Source: Paraspadella gotoi (taxonomy: Eukaryota; Animalia; Chaetognatha). From it: a stretch of 64,000 nt of DNA. This document shows, in pieces, positions 63,976 through 64,000 of this stretch (its first letter is position 1; each line of letters starts with the position of its first letter). The stretch spans positions 10,972,338 to 11,036,337 of the forward strand of contig CM119271.1 of the NCBI GenBank assembly GCA_051294375.1. Direction: 5' to 3'. The notes under the pieces are model-generated. The model did not search any database. It was not told where the DNA came from and saw only the letters and a program-made list of their open reading frames with translations. A program made the translations under genes and the position numbers.

Positions 63976-64000
63976 ACCACTTTCTAAGTATTAGATGGGG

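Noticed and set aside
1-64000. Hundreds of ORFs rich in LS, ER, poly-T/M or poly-V/I
   Set aside because: They are translations of CT/GA and GAC/GTC microsatellites or run through N gaps.

Overview
Eukaryotic (probably invertebrate animal) draft-assembly DNA. It is AT-rich, dominated by CT/GA and GAC/GTC simple repeats, has many N gaps, and contains stretches of visibly uncorrected indel-rich sequence. Almost all ORFs in the supplied track are translations of microsatellites. One real gene can be reconstructed by hand: a secreted single-domain phospholipase B1-like GDSL/SGNH lipase on the minus strand (about 21124 to 15969, 9 inferred coding exons). It has an apparent 1-nt frameshift next to the catalytic Ser and garbled 3' exons. 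The rest is repeat architecture: two Helentron-associated (HINE/DINE-1-like) families, a ~1 kb hAT-type foldback element with an 8-bp TSD, a mariner-like MITE, an unclassified ~220 bp interspersed repeat, and three large duplications (two direct, one ~6.3 kb palindrome) that may be partly assembly artefacts. The most intriguing item is a ~395-bp GC-balanced head-to-tail array (33570-34629). Its monomer carries a tRNA-like A/B-box head and a hairpin matching the twister ribozyme P4/L4 motif, so it is a candidate retrozyme-like or tandem SINE element. All alignments were done by eye; no database searches were run.
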